From: Lama guanicoe
Lineage: Eukaryota
Direction of reading: 5' to 3'
Length of the DNA: 64,000 bases
Assembly (NCBI GenBank): GCA_013239625.1
Contig: MU056000.1
Span: 10,677,175 to 10,741,174, forward strand
Part shown: positions 37,966 to 51,162 of the stretch, piece by piece
Position numbering within the stretch: position 1 is the stretch's first letter
Layout of the letters: each line of letters starts with the position of its first letter
The notes under the pieces: model-generated
Databases searched by the model: none
Seen by the model: the letters and a program-made list of their open reading frames with translations, nothing else
What the model was told of the DNA's origin: nothing
Program-made: the position numbers and the translations under genes

Positions 37966-38540
37966 TACCAAGCCTATCTGTTATCTCCATAGACTTGTTT
38001 AACTTTTGATCTCTCCTTAGGTAGCTGTTTCTTCCAAAAATCAAAACTCCCCTTCTACTTAAATGATGGCTGACTTGAAGGTACGTAGCCTTGAGCGTGA
38101 GCCTGTGTCTCCAAAGCAAGGCTTTCTGTCCAACTCAAAGGCCAGTGTTGTACTTTACAAAAGCACAGCTGTCAGCGGAGCTGGGTTTTTCTGCTGTTGT
38201 TTATGATTAGAGAAATATATGACTTAAGTCATGGAATTGGCTTTAAACAATCATAACAATAGATGCATCTGTCCACAATGTGGGCATTAGATTGGCTCAA
38301 ATAATAGAACATTTTCGGAATTCCCTTGGGAGGGGTTATTGCCCGCACAAGGGAATGAGTCATTGTATTATATTGAGGGTTTGGTCCCTGGTTCTCTCAT
38401 TTTCTTTCTCTGTGTCATCACCTGACTTTCATCCGGTCTTACCCTGCTTTCTTGGTCACTGTAGTTCACTGTTCATGAGTCTGTGAGCAAGCCAACCCTC
38501 TCTCTGGACCCCTCTAGAATCTACAATCCAAAACTTCCTG

Positions 38541-38811
38541 GATCTCATGAATATAGAAAACAAACTGTGGTTACCAAAGGGGAAAGGGCGGCGGGGGGAT
38601 AACTTAAGGGTTGGGGACACACGTTACTATATATAAAGTAACAAGGACCTACTGTATAGCACAGGGAACTATATTCAGTTTCTTGTAATAAGAGATAATG
38701 GAAAAGAATCTGAAAAGAAAATACATAAATGTATATGTTTAACTGAATCACTTTGCTGTACACCTGAAACTAACATTTTAAATCAACTACACTTCAATAA
38801 AATTTTTTTAG
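38541..38811 (+). mobile_element. L1 3' end (first of a tandem pair)
   Basis: gtatagcacagggaactatattca...ctgaatcactttgctgtacacctgaaactaac...cttcaataaaa. Confidence 0.9.
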
Positions 38812-38822
38812 AAGACTTCCTA

Positions 38823-39053
38823 GCAGTAGGGATAGATTGGGAGTTTGAGGTTTGCAGATACTAACTACTGTGTATAAAACAGGTAAACAACGTTTCCATC
38901 GTATAGCATGGGGAACTATATTCAATATCTTGTAGTAAACTATAATGAAAAAGAATACAAAAACAAATATATGTATGTCTATGTATGACTGAAACATTAT
39001 GCTGTACACCAGAAATTGATACAACATTGTAAACTGACTATACTTCCATTAAA
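38823..39053 (+). mobile_element. Camelid L1 3' end (second of the tandem pair)
   Basis: gggagtttgaggtttgcagatactaactac...gctgtacaccagaaattgatacaacattgtaaactgactatac. Confidence 0.9.
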
Positions 39054-39599
39054 AAAACTTCCTGAGAACTGAATCAATCTTTTTCTACAACAACTCAGCC
39101 CAAATCAAAGATCCAAGAGAATGATTTCTCTCCATTCATCAAATTATCTTCTGAACTCAGTTTGTCTAAATGTCTTCGATTTCCCATATCACCGGTTTCT
39201 TTCCAGCATGTACATCACCCACCCAGAAAGGTGATGTAGTCTCCTACCTCTGTTGTACATCCCCTCTTGTCTTCTTCAGGAAAATGGTAGAGTTTCTAAC
39301 TCTCAGTTATCATTACCCGATTAACAGTCAAACTGAGAGTACTTATACTTTATACAGGATTGCTTCTCTGTGTATTGAACTTTTTCATTGACATCCTTAA
39401 ATTTTTATCTAGCAGTTACCATTAATGTGTGGTGGCCTTAAATAAAATTAATAACTAACGTCCTTGGAATGATCCCTCCCCATCCCAATTCCTTTCTATA
39501 CAAAATTAATGAGATTTTTTTTAAACGGAAAGTATTTGAACGGCTTTCACATAGTTAAACTTCATAGGGAACTTCTGCTTATCTAAGACTTTTAAAGAT

Positions 39600-39700
39600 T
39601 GTCCTGGAGTGTTATTTCCATGAAGTCACGAGTCCTCCTGCGCACCACTGCATTTCCTGTGCTTAGAACGGTGGTGGGCACACAGTACGTTCTCAATGAC
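39600..39700 (+). mobile_element. L2 3' end
   Basis: ctgcatttcctgtgcttagaacggtggtgggcacacagtacgttctcaat. Confidence 0.7.
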
Positions 39701-41963
39701 TATGCAGTCTGCCCTTTGGCTATTTTGAGAAGTTCCAAGATGTTGTTGATGGCACTGGTTTATGAATCCAACCATAGGAGAGCAGGCATTCCTTACCTAG
39801 TCCTGAGTAACTGGGAACTTAGAATCATGTCCATCACATCATGCTCTGAGCCATTAACTTGGGAAGCTATCTAATGTGTTTGCACAGTGAGAAGTAAACA
39901 GGGAGATTTTGCTTTCTACAACACATTAATTGGATGCAGGTTTTAAGTTTTGCCCAGAACAACTTTAAATGCCTCTGATTGGAAATCACATCCTGTCCAA
40001 GCATTTGGGAAAATAGAAGTAAAAATTTCCTTCCTGTTTATGACCATCTAACCAGTTAGATTAAAAGAATCATGTTGTTTTTTGGCTCTGTTTTAAGAAT
40101 TTTATTTGTTCCTGTGCACTGTTACATTCCCTGATATGTGAAAAACGAAGAATCAAAAGTCGTGGGCTTAAACAGCACCATCGCCGGGTTAAGCCTCTCG
40201 CAGAGGGAATATAATCTTCAGTTCTCAAGATGCAAGTTCCTGGCTGGTAATGAATGAAAAACAGCAGTTTCAGCGTGCCCAGTTAACATTCCAGTATGTG
40301 TAATAAAGCACCAGTGTGTGCCCCCTCCCCCGGGAGGACAACAGGACAGAGTTCCGCCCTAGAATCCACGGTATCAAAATGGGCTTTGATTTTGTTTTGC
40401 TTTGTTTTTTAATCACTTTAAAAGATTCTTCATAGTATCAAAGAGCTTTTGCTCTGTGACAGGGTTAAGTAACCATCCAATCATATATACATTTTGCAGA
40501 GACATTAAGGGCTGATAAGTTCCAAGAGCTGGCTGGCACCAGACAACTTGTTAAACACAGAGCCAAAGTTCAAATTCAGTAGCATTCTCCCAGCTACACT
40601 CTTACCTATTTCATTCTTTACTCCCTCCTCTGTGAACATGACTTATCCGGACTCTAACAGGAAAAGAACTTATTTCTGCAGTATAATCGACAGAAGCTGT
40701 GTTGGAATAACCAGGGTGAGGCAAAATTCTTCCTGTTGAGGGATTTTGCCCTGGAAGCCTTGCCCTCTGCAATGCCACAATCGGCCTCTGTGGTGTTCCA
40801 CTGGGAAATGGTCAAGACGCTCACTTCCATTTCTGGGCTATTCTGGTGCTACACGTGGAACCGAGGAAATAAGGAGATTTGGGTTTAAGGTTGTAATTCT
40901 TTTTGCTCAAGCCTTGACGTGGTATCAGTGGGCGAGGAGCAGATGGCACAATTTGTTGATTGTATTATGCAGGTTTCTTTAGGACATTTAGAAAACAGAA
41001 TGGAAAAAATGGAATGAGACATAAAGCAACAAAACATTGTAAGTGTGCAAAGAAATTGGATAATATCTTTGGAAGTATTTTTTTTTTTTTTAGCTTCTGT
41101 GAAGTCCTCTAGCCTTGTGAAGCCCCCAATTCAAATTCCAGGTAAAGTCAATTCCTTACATAGTCCAACACCTATATATTTTTGAAAAACTAACTGTCCC
41201 CCTCCACATTTCCTATTGTTTTCATACAATAGCAAATGTACAATTTTTTGTACATTAAAAAACAAACTTTTAGTTAAAGTATTACAAAAATAGAAAAAGG
41301 TATGTGTTAATTTTCATATAGTGAACAGAAATTATAAATACCATCCACACCAAGGTAAAGAACATTACTGGTGACTCAGAAGACTTTTCAAGACCCTTCC
41401 CAGTAAATCCCCTTCTCCCTGAAAAGGTAACCAGTATCCTTATTTCAATCACTGATTGAACTTGGCTTTGCAAGTTTTTGAACCTTCTATAAGTGAAATA
41501 ATACGGTAAGTACTCTTCAGTGTCTGGTTTCTTTCATTCAACATTTTTTTTTTCTGTTACCTGTAGCCGATTTGTTCATTCTCATTGCCAAGAGCTCTCC
41601 ATTACTGAATATACCTCTATCCACTTACTGCTAATGGACTTTGGAGCTGTTTCCAGTTTCTGGTTACTAAGGGGAGGCTTCTATGAGCACCTTGTGCACG
41701 TCTCTGGGTACACATACGTGCTCATTTTCTTTGGGAATATACTGAGGAGCAGAATTGCTGGTCATAGAGAAATCCTAGGTTCAGCTTTAGTGGGTATGGC
41801 CCAACTGTTTTCAGTTGATTGTACTAATTTACATTATCAACCATGGTCTATGGAGAATCCAGCTGCTTAATATCCCCACCTGAAGTTGGTGTTCTGGTAG
41901 GTCCACGCTGGCATTGCACTGTGGCTTTCATTTGCATTTTCCTGATAACAAACTGTGAGCATC

Positions 41964-42476
41964 TGTCAATATCCTCCAGCCAAAGACCACCAGGAACACA
42001 CCTGAAGTTGCACAATTTGGATTTACTGCTCGCTGGGATGAGGGAAACTCCCCACAGTGGGACTGATGGTATCTCAGTAAGAGGGAGTTAAGAAGGATTT
42101 GTTCTAAGATTTGCTGTTTTTAGGGAGAGTTTATGGAAGTAGAACTTTGCTCCAATCATGCTGTCAGGAAGCCAGGGCACTTCTATAATTGGGGGTCTTA
42201 ATCAATCTTATCCCTAAGGCAGGAGGAGTGCACTGAGGCTATTAGCCAGGGAAGAGGGGTTGGGTTTAGTCATTTTTATGGTTTGACCGATAGACTTGGT
42301 CTTATCTGTGTTAAGACATGATTATCTCCGTTTGTCTTGATCCATCTCTGGTTACAGGGCGAGCTTACCTGATGCTGGTGACCTGCGGAATGGTTTATGT
42401 CCCGCAGGGCAGCCCCGGGGCGGGCTGGCGGCAGCCGCCTGCTCCCAGAAGTCAGGGACTGCGTTTTCCTTTCTCA
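41964..42476 (-). mobile_element. Solo ERV1 LTR (MER67-like)
   Basis: TG...CA termini; flanks catc/cacc; minus strand gatggatcaagacaaa...aatcatgtct..aacacaga..aaaaatgac matches recalled MER67. Confidence 0.75.
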
Positions 42477-42678
42477 CACCCGTTTGTCAGAGAGTGGTGT
42501 GTGGTTTTCCTTCCTATAACGTTCTTTTCAGATTTTGGTCTCCAGTTTATGCTGGCTTCATAATATGAGTCAGGAAGTGTGGTCTCCTGTTCTGGTCTGT
42601 AGAAAAGTTTATGTAACATTGGTGTCAATTATTCTTTAAACATTTGCAGAAAATCTGCTGGTGAAGTTGTCTGAGCCT

Positions 42679-43084
42679 TGACAAGAGTTGCTCCTTGACC
42701 AAACTTTGGTCAGGCTCCTCTGAGCCCTTTCTCAGTGAGGCCTCTGCCTTGGCCACCAGCTTTGCTGGGCCTACTTGGCTCGGTTACAGCGAGGATCCTG
42801 CTAAGTCAAGTTAGGAGGAACCCCCAGCCTCGATACCTGAGCACGCTGGCATGACTTCGGCAAGAATCTCACTACGTTGGTTAAGCAGGAACCCTCCTAC
42901 CCTTGATTTTCCATCCACTGACTCCTTCCTTCTACTTCTTGGCTAAAAATGCCCAGCTGTCTTTACTGTATTAGGAACGGAGCCCAGTTCTCTCCTGAGG
43001 CGTCTTTTCCCCGATTACAATTGTTTCTGAATAAAATCTGTTTTTACTGCTGTAACTACTACATCGTTCTAATTTTCTCTGACA
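42679..43084 (+). mobile_element. Solo ERV1 LTR (MER31-like) with 4-bp TSD
   Basis: tgacaagag...ctccttgaccaaactttggtcaggctcctctgagcc; AATAAA near 43030; ends tgaca; TSD gcct at 42675-42678 and 43085-43088. Confidence 0.9.
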
Positions 43085-43263
43085 GCCTGGAGGTGGTGTC
43101 GTGAGGTTAACATTGGGGTTATGCTTCCAATTTCTTTATTAGATATCTAACTATTCAGATTTTCTATTTATTTTAGTGTCACTTTCAGGGTTTTTTTTTT
43201 TTTTTAAAAAAAGGAATCTGTCCTTTTTTTTGCATTTTTTAAAATATTTTTATTTTGTTTTTT

Positions 43264-43390
43264 NNNNNNNNNNNNNNNNNNNNNNNNNNNNNNNNNNNNN
43301 NNNNNNNNNNNNNNNNNNNNNNNNNNNNNNNNNNNNNNNNNNNNNNNNNNNNNNNNNNNNNNNNNNNNNNNNNNNNNNNNNNNNNNNNNN
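43264..43390. other. Assembly gap (127 N)
   Basis: Run of N flanked by low-quality-looking T/A homopolymer sequence. Confidence 1.
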
Positions 43391-43590
43391 TAAAAAACAG
43401 TTTTAGAATGATTTTTCAAAAAAAAAAAAAAGAATGACTTTGTAAGAGCGTCTTAAGATCTTTTACATGCCTGTAGCATTGGCAACGATATCCCATTTTC
43501 CACTCCTTATGTTTATATTTTGTAGCATTTCTCTTTCTTTTAATCAGCCTTGTCAGATGTTTATGGATGTTGCTGACAGCATCATATTTA

Positions 43591-43722
43591 CTTTTTATTT
43601 TTGTTATTGAAGTGTAGTCGATTTACAATGTTAGTTTCAGATGTGCAGCAAAGCGATTCAGTTATACATAAGCATACATACGTATATTTTTTTCAGTTCC
43701 TTTTCCATTATGGCTCATTCAT
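43591..43722 (-). mobile_element. Short L1 3' end with 13-bp TSD
   Basis: TSD agcatcatattta at 43578-43590 and 43723-43735. Confidence 0.9.
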
Positions 43723-45377
43723 AGCATCATATTTAAATTTCCATAAGACATCATTATTATTACTGTTTTGTACAATTAATTTTTACTTAGATTTACATAA
43801 ATTTACGTTCCTCATTATTCCGACATATTTTTGTGTTGCAGTCTTCTGCTGACACCCTGGGGAAGACACTGCTGAGTGCTGGACGCATTGTTGGTGCCTT
43901 CTTCTTGTTGGTACCTCAGTCTCTCAAGAGCTCTTTCTTAGCCTCAAATCCCACTCTGTCTTCCTGACTCTGTAAAACCATTTAAAGCTCTGTTCGCGTC
44001 TCTGCCTCCCCGACCCTAGCCTGCTACTGATGCCAGAAACCCTTCCATAAGGAACAGATTCTGTAAGTAGATGAAGTTTAAACATTTCAGAACTCTGAGA
44101 GCCCAGGATAACACGCTGACTCTGGTGAATGACAGATATAAGATTCTTCCTTAGGAACAGAACCAGGACAAGCAAGAGACAGGCTATGGCAGCGAGAAAG
44201 AGGCAGAGAAGAGAAAAAGAGTCTGAAACACTTTGATGATGTCTCTGGTAGTGTCTGGAGGACAGAGGCCAGTGATCCTTCCATTGCCGCAATAACCAGA
44301 AGCGCCGGATGTCTTTATCTCCTCCTCTGACCCACCGTCCTCAGGTAGATGCGTAACAGAGAGGGCGTTAGCCTACGCACTTTCTGATTACCTTTACCCC
44401 CGTGCCGCTGCCTCCCGGAATGCAGCTGTGGCCCAAGGGAACACAGGTGGCAGGAAAATCGAAAATGAAAAATGTGCTCTTTTGATCTCTGGTATTTTAT
44501 TTCACTAATAATCTTTCAGGGTCACAGTCCTTCTGAAAAATTGATTATTGCTAAACCTTGGTGTGCTTCTTGTGTATAAAAATTCTCTCCTCATCTGTTG
44601 TCCATTTGCGTCAGTGTTCTATAAATACACTAATTGGTGCCACTTTTAATTGTCACTGCCGTCTCTCTCTCTCCTTTTTTGACAAGCTTGTATGAAACTC
44701 TCTTATGATGGAACAAAATAAAACTACCCAGTCATAGGGGTCTATTTTGGCAAAACAGGAGTGTAACAGGAAGAAAATTTGTAGTCTTTTTGTGGTGAGC
44801 AAAGGGCTGTTAAACTCATCAGTGATAAGTTTGCATGAAAAATTTGGAATACAATTCTTTCCTAGATGTAGATTGAAAAAAACAAAACAAAACCCTGAAG
44901 GAAACCACTGAAATAAGGCAGGTACAACAGAAATATCAGAACATTGTACCGTGGGAAATGGGCTGAAACCAATTTCAACTTCATTTGAACATTCATCAGG
45001 TCATACTTATTTTAGATGACTTTGGCTTTAGTGGCGTTTCAGAAACCGCATTCCATGTGTGCTCCTTTCTGCCTTGAAAAGCGGTAGCCATTTAACAGTG
45101 GAAACCGAACGAGCGTATGTGTCAATTTCAAGCATCTTTTCAACGTGATAGAAATTGGGATTAACCAGTTGCACGGTAGAGTATGTTCTTACTAACTCCC
45201 GTCTACAAGACACTTAAGGACGCAGTAGCTAATCATTTTAAAGGTCTGTTACTCTGTGCTCTAAAGCTTATAAAACCAGTGTTTTGGAATTTGTCAACGG
45301 ACTAAAATTTAGGGTATAATGAGGCCCTTTTTTTCCAGATGAACTTAGATGGATGCCATCCCCGACCAGTTGACTGG

Positions 45378-45722
45378 AGTATCAGCCAGCGTTCGACCAG
45401 AGAAACAGAATGAGTGATTGTAGGAGCCGGCAAGTCTGGCGTCACTACGACAGGCTTTAGGATGAACTGTCTGGAAACTCTTGGGGGAACTAATGTTGCA
45501 ACCTGCAGGTGAAATTTCTTCTCCCACCAAGATACCTCAGTTTGGCACTTATGGTCTTCAGTGATTTGGAGAAGGCCCCTCACATTGAGGGTAAACTCCT
45601 TTCTTTCAAGTTAATTGACTATAGACGTTAATCACATCTACAGAATACTCTGTCCTAGCCCAGTGTTTGAATGGCTGGCTACTGTATCCTTGCCACGTTG
45701 ACACATAAAACCAACCATCACA
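45378..45722 (-). mobile_element. Solo MLT2-type (ERVL) LTR with 5-bp TSD
   Basis: ccagagaaacagaa...gttgacacataaaaccaaccatcaca; TSD actgg at 45373-45377 and 45723-45727. Confidence 0.88.
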
Positions 45723-47547
45723 ACTGGTCATGCAAAACTCTCCTCTGTTTGAAAAGAATTAACTTGAAGTGACATGCAGTGTCTTCATTATAAGCAACAT
45801 ATACAAGCCTGGCTTGCATGGATTGCTTTTTGACCCCTCAATGGGGTCCTTCTTGTGGTGTGTGAAGAAACTGTTCTGTCCTGCTCTCACAGTTCCTGAT
45901 ACTTTGTTAGGGGACAAGTAGTCAGGACACTAGACAATCAGGCAAAATTTTCTTATTTTTCGTGAAAGGTGTGCAGAATGAAGATCCACACTCTCAGTCA
46001 ACCATCTCCTTGCCTCTTTTTGCTTCTGGAGAATGGGGCAGAGGGAAAGGCCTCTGAGAATTTGTAATCAGTGTTCAGTTCTGAAGGATGCTTAATTCAA
46101 AAGATAAGTAAAATGAATACAATTTCTGTAAACATGGATTCTTTAGGGATGGAGAATGTTTCCTTTTAGGACAAAATGTGTACTTGGCCAATCTATATTC
46201 GTTCATAGAAACTTTGTGGCTTCATATTTTTAATAACTGGAGTAATGTTTCTCATGGCTCATATAGCTTCTTTAGTTTGTTCAGTAATTTTATACTTGCA
46301 AGTTCTGCTGGGTGGTACAAAATGCGTGTTATGAGAAAAAATGTAACACTTTCTAATAAGAAAGAAAATGACTTTGAACTTAGGTCTCTATTCTATTCCT
46401 TGGTCACTGACAATTGACCCGGCAAATTGAAATACAAAGGGGAATAATTACCTAACATATTGGTTAAGTGTGATCTGTCATGGGATTGTAGAAATTGTCC
46501 TCCCACCAAAAGCTCTTCTGATCCTCTTATTTCTTGGCTGGCCTGGTTTCATCAAACGTAACTTTAAAATTCAAGTTCTGTTGATAGGAATGTGTTAAAC
46601 ACATACTAAGATGCTTTGGTGTTCCCTGAGAATGACAGATATTTCTTGTAAAGCTTTCACTTTTTATTTTATAAGACCTCCAAATTCTATTACTATACAT
46701 GAAGAGGGTAGGGAAGTTTACATATTTTGATTTTTATTCTCACAATATAATTATCTCAAGAGAATTCTAAGGGAAAAAAAAGCCAAACAGCTTGACAGTA
46801 TTATTTATTGCCTGAATAAAAAGCAACATTGTCCACATTTTGTGCAAATGGGAGGCGACTCCAGGTGTCCCAGTGCACAGCCCGCGAGCTGACGAGAGCA
46901 GGACCCACAGGAGAGCCGTCCGGGGGCAGTGAGGGCGGTCAGGCTGGTGGACCAGGGCATCCTTTCAACTTGTGGTGGTGAAACTCAGGGGTTGGAACCT
47001 GCTGCATGGAAAGGAAAATTTTCCTCCCAGCCCTTTTCATCTTGATTGAGGTTAAAATATAAATGGGAGTGTTTGTGTTAGAGCCTCTTGCAACCATTTT
47101 CTTGGAGACTAACACTTAAGTGCTTTTTTAAAACATTATTTGAAATTGAAAATGCAGACTGTGGGCTTCACTGGTTTGTCCATGGGTGGTCTTCAGAGGC
47201 TGGGCCAAGACTGGGTGTTAGATGTTTGCCTATACGGGGTGAGTGAGGTGCGGGTAGACCTGGGCATAGTACTTCTGAGAAATCTTGAAAAGAACCCATG
47301 TGATTTTTCGGCTTTCACCTTCCTTTAGCCCCAGAACATTTGGCCCCTCAGTATCCCAGCAAGGCCACTCTTCAAAGAGTCACAGAGCTAGGGGCCCTCG
47401 TTCAGCAAAGACAGACTTATTCTCGCCTCTGAACACTGCTCAATAAACAGTTTTGCTGAGATGCTAAGCCAACAAGAGCAGTTCCTTCTTTATATGTGAG
47501 AAACGGGCAATCACTGGGTTTAGGTAGAGAAGTCTCATTTCTATTAC

Positions 47548-47990
47548 AGTAGTGCTCAAAGTCTTTGATTATGAAAGCTACACTTTACACTGTGACTTAG
47601 AACACAGCTGCATTTGTGCGTACGCACGTGCGCACGCACACACACACATACACACAAAACTTTAACAGAAATTTCGCAGACCAGTTCCCAACCTTGTTAC
47701 CCATGATTGGTTCTGATATTTTCTATCCAATCTTATCCATCCTATCCTGTCCTGTCCACTCCATTCCCTCACATCCAACCCATCCTATCCTAACCTCCCC
47801 ATTCTTTCTTATCCTATCCTATCCATCCCACCCCATCCCATCCCATCCCATCCCATCCCATCCCATCCCATCCCATGCCATCCCATCCCATGCCATCTCA
47901 TTCTATCCTACCCAATCTATATCCAAAAAGCTAGTCATGAGTCATTAAATTGATCTGATGACACTTTAACGCCAGGTGAAAAACACTTGA
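47548..47990 (-). mobile_element. Charlie4-like hAT element containing (CA)n and (ATCCC)n microsatellites
   Basis: cagtagtgctcaaagt left end; ctgatattttctat...; ctagtcatgagtcattaaattgat...gaaaaacac right end. Confidence 0.6.
47720..47922. repeat. (ATCCC/ATCCT)n pentanucleotide repeat
   Basis: Perfect catcc units at ~47833-47890, degenerate on the flanks. Confidence 0.95.
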
Positions 47991-49369
47991 TCTACTCCTA
48001 GAAAATAAAATCAGCGGTGATACAGCTTCCTGCTCGTTGAAAGAAGCTCTTCTGTATCGAAAAGTCTGTGGCCCACAGATACACTGATTTCTGCCCAGCC
48101 CTCCTCCTCCCCAGGAAGAGAAGGGGAAAGAGGATAAAAGGTAGAGCTGTGCTCTTTCAGTGAGGCACAGATACACACAGGGATGTGTGTACTCTTTATT
48201 TTTTACCATTCTTAGTTCCCAAACTTGACTTTCCTTTCCCTGAAGGGATGAGAAAAAAGAAAATCAGTGTCTGTTGCAACTGGACAGGGCACGGACTGGT
48301 GCTGGGAATGGGGACTCTTTTTTCAACTCTCACACCTCATCCAAACTGGGAGTAAACAGAAGGTATTGCCAGGCAGGGCTCTGAGTAGACTGATTGGTGA
48401 TCTGCATTCATGTCTTGATGTGGTATGAGTTTGCTCTCGGTGGTCAATTCTGGTAGACATTCTGAAAGCCCCCAGAAGAGAAATTAATTGCCTACTATTC
48501 CTGTGATGTTAATGGTGCTCCCTTGGGCTTTCAAAAGCAACTTTCAAAGGGGAATGTGATTTAGTCCGTAGTTATGTTTATGTTTCGGTTTTCCAGTGTC
48601 TGGGGTTCTTTATTAAAGGCTGTCAACCTAGGGTTTTAACCGCAAAGATTTAGCGCCATGTTTTTAAGAAAAAGAAAGTCTAGTTTGGGGTTAATGAAAG
48701 TTAAAAATCTTTGGGTCTCCTGGTAGGTCTCCTGTACAGACACTTGTTTTGCCACCGTCTCCTGCCCGGGTACGCCAGGGCTTTGCAGACCAGCTGGGCC
48801 AGAGGGAAAACAAAATAAACATTACCAACGGTGACTGTCAGCCTCCTTTTTTTTTTTTTTCCTACCAGACAAACCTCTTTTTTTTCCCCTTTAAAATTTT
48901 GTCTGCATTTGACATTTTGAATCACCCCAGAAAGTAGGATATTGTTTTTATTGAAGACACTGACTGGGTGAGCATCTCCTACCAACTTGTCTGGAAAAAG
49001 CACCAGACGTCCCCTTCTCATTTGCCTCTGGCCGAGGTTAATACTGCTCCTCCTGGACTCCCAGGGTTGAGACTCTGAGGACTGCAGCTCGTGTGGCCCC
49101 AGCGTGGAGACGTTCCAGTGTGGAGGCAAGCACCTAAGCATGATGGAGCCCGCGTGTTACAGATGGGCCTGACATCTGGTCTAGGGGGACTGTTCACCTG
49201 CAGTGGGCCTGCCTAGACTTCAGAGCTCAGAAGAAGGGAAATGTTCTAACCATGAACATATTTGTCACATACTGAGCGGAAGTACAGAGATTCTTGGTGG
49301 AGGCAGTGGTTGAAGTATTAGAAGCAGACTCGTCATAACAAAAATATTTTGTCACTGTTGCTTTGCCTA

Positions 49370-50520
49370 ATGGACAGGTGGGTCCACACTGGGATATGAT
49401 GCAGAGGCTGAGTCTCTGTCTTTATATCTCAAACAGTCACCATCTACTTTCTCGTTCTCCCAAGAGTCAGCTCCAACTCTTACCTTTCGTTTTCCTATAT
49501 ATTCAGTGTCTTCTTTGAAAATGCTAGTTCTTCTCCCCACAGCATGCAAGCATGCTCAGAATCTCCCCCATTTTGGAAAACAAAATCCTCCCTTGATCAT
49601 TCTCCTCTTCCTCTAACCAGAGGTTTCGTCTTCCTCTGTCCAGGTGTACGCTTCTCTGGGTGTCTGCATCTCCGGCACTGGCGGGCACCAGGATCATCTA
49701 GAGAGCGTGTTAAAGCATCCATGACTGGGCTTCCTCCTCAGAGTTTCCGACTCAGTGGGCTTGGGGTAGGGTCCAAGATATGCATTTTGAGAGCTGAGGG
49801 CCCAGGATGAGACTCATCTCTCCGAAGAACACTCTACATTTGCTGGCTGCACTCAGTCTTTTTTTTTCATTCGCTAAGCAACCTGCTGCACCGTGGACTC
49901 TGCCACACCACCACCGACATCTATGTGTTGAATTCAGGGGACACTTTGTGTCCTGTCTTACTTGAGCCCTCTGTGACACTGGTCACCCAACCGCATCCCT
50001 CTCTTTCCTCATTTGGCTTCCATGACATCACTCTCTCCCCAGTCATTTCCTTCCTATCCACTCGTTCTTTCTAAGCTGCCTTTTCAGGAAGCTTTTCCAC
50101 CCGCGGTGTGTTTCAGTCTTCCTCGGAGGGCTGTCCTCGCCTGCTGTATTCTCCCTGAGATGCCTCAGCCAGCCCTGGAGCTTTGACAGCATGCCAGTAA
50201 CCCCATCAACTCCTCCACCACCGGCCTCCCTTCTAGCTCCGCATCTGTACATCCAGGCTCTTGATGTTCAACGTGTTCCGAAACAGGCTTATGATCTTTA
50301 CCTGAGGTCTTCTCCTCTTGTTTTTCTTATCTCCTCAACTGACACCAGTTTTTCCTGAGCCAGAAATCTGTGTGCCATTCTCAGTTTTTTCTCCCTCAGC
50401 CTTAATCCTGACATCCAAATCATCATCAAGGTATCTCTTACATCCTGCCTTCTTTCATTTCCCATTGGTAATGGTTCACTATATATGCATAAATTACTGA
50501 AACAGCCTTTCAAGTGTTGA
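49370..50520 (+). mobile_element. L2 fragment interrupted by a MER5-like MITE (~49650-49810)
   Basis: L2 motifs cttgagccctctgtgacac, tggcttccatgacatcactctc; MER5-like cagagtttccgactcagtgggcttgggg. Confidence 0.7.
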
Positions 50521-50899
50521 CTCCATTTCCAGGCTGGGAGGAATATAGGGGCAGCTCATGGGATCAAAGAAACAAAGGTAAGGATATTAGCTTTCTGGTG
50601 TCTCTAGGAGCTTTTTAAATACTGGGCATATACGGGTCACTCAAATAGTGGGGACATTTTGCTATAACATAAATTCTGGTCTTACCACTGGATGCACCAG
50701 CATTTTATACAGTGAATCACACATCTGGAGCAAATACAGCATTGCTGTTCATTTCTGGAAACCTATAATTTTTCTTTAGTACAGTGTATGCAAACATCTG
50801 CACTGTCTGGCTGTTGCTAGCTTCCACCCCCCCCCCCCACAAATGACCACTGCTGAGAGGGAAGGGGCTCAAGAGGCCCTCTCCTAATTTGGATTCAGT

Positions 50900-51030
50900 G
50901 CTAGGAAAGGACTTTAAATACAGCAGTGCAGGTGGTAGGTGTTCCAAGCTCCATTTCACAAATGACACTGGGGCTCTGGGAAGGTAACAGAGTTAAAAGG
51001 CAGTGGAGCTAAAGATGCAAACTGGGTCTA
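50900..51030 (-). mobile_element. MIR fragment
   Basis: ctccatttcacaaatgacactggggctc. Confidence 0.55.
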
Positions 51031-51107
51031 CAACCAAGCGTGTTGTAGGACATGAGAAACATCTAGCTCTTTCTGGGTAGAACCTGCAGTGTATAGATTC
51101 GTCCTTT

Positions 51108-51158
51108 CTTTTTCTTTTAATGGAGATACTGGGGATCGAACCCAGGACCTTGTGCATG
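51108..51158 (-). mobile_element. Truncated vic-1-like SINE
   Basis: atggagatactggggatcgaacccaggaccttgtgcatgc. Confidence 0.85.
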
Positions 51159-51162
51159 CATC

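Larger units (their letters stand above)
41260..43200 (-). mobile_element. Old L1 (L1MC/MD-like) interrupted by two LTRs
   Basis: Antisense L1 motifs at 41260-41963, 42481-42678 and 43085-43200; gtgaagttgtctgagcct|ggagg is continuous across the MER31 insertion. Confidence 0.75.

Noticed and set aside
43176..43437. ORFs spanning X runs
   Set aside because: Artefacts of the N gap and low-quality flanks
47616..47948. 110-aa ORF with HPIPS repeats
   Set aside because: Translation of the (ATCCC)n microsatellite
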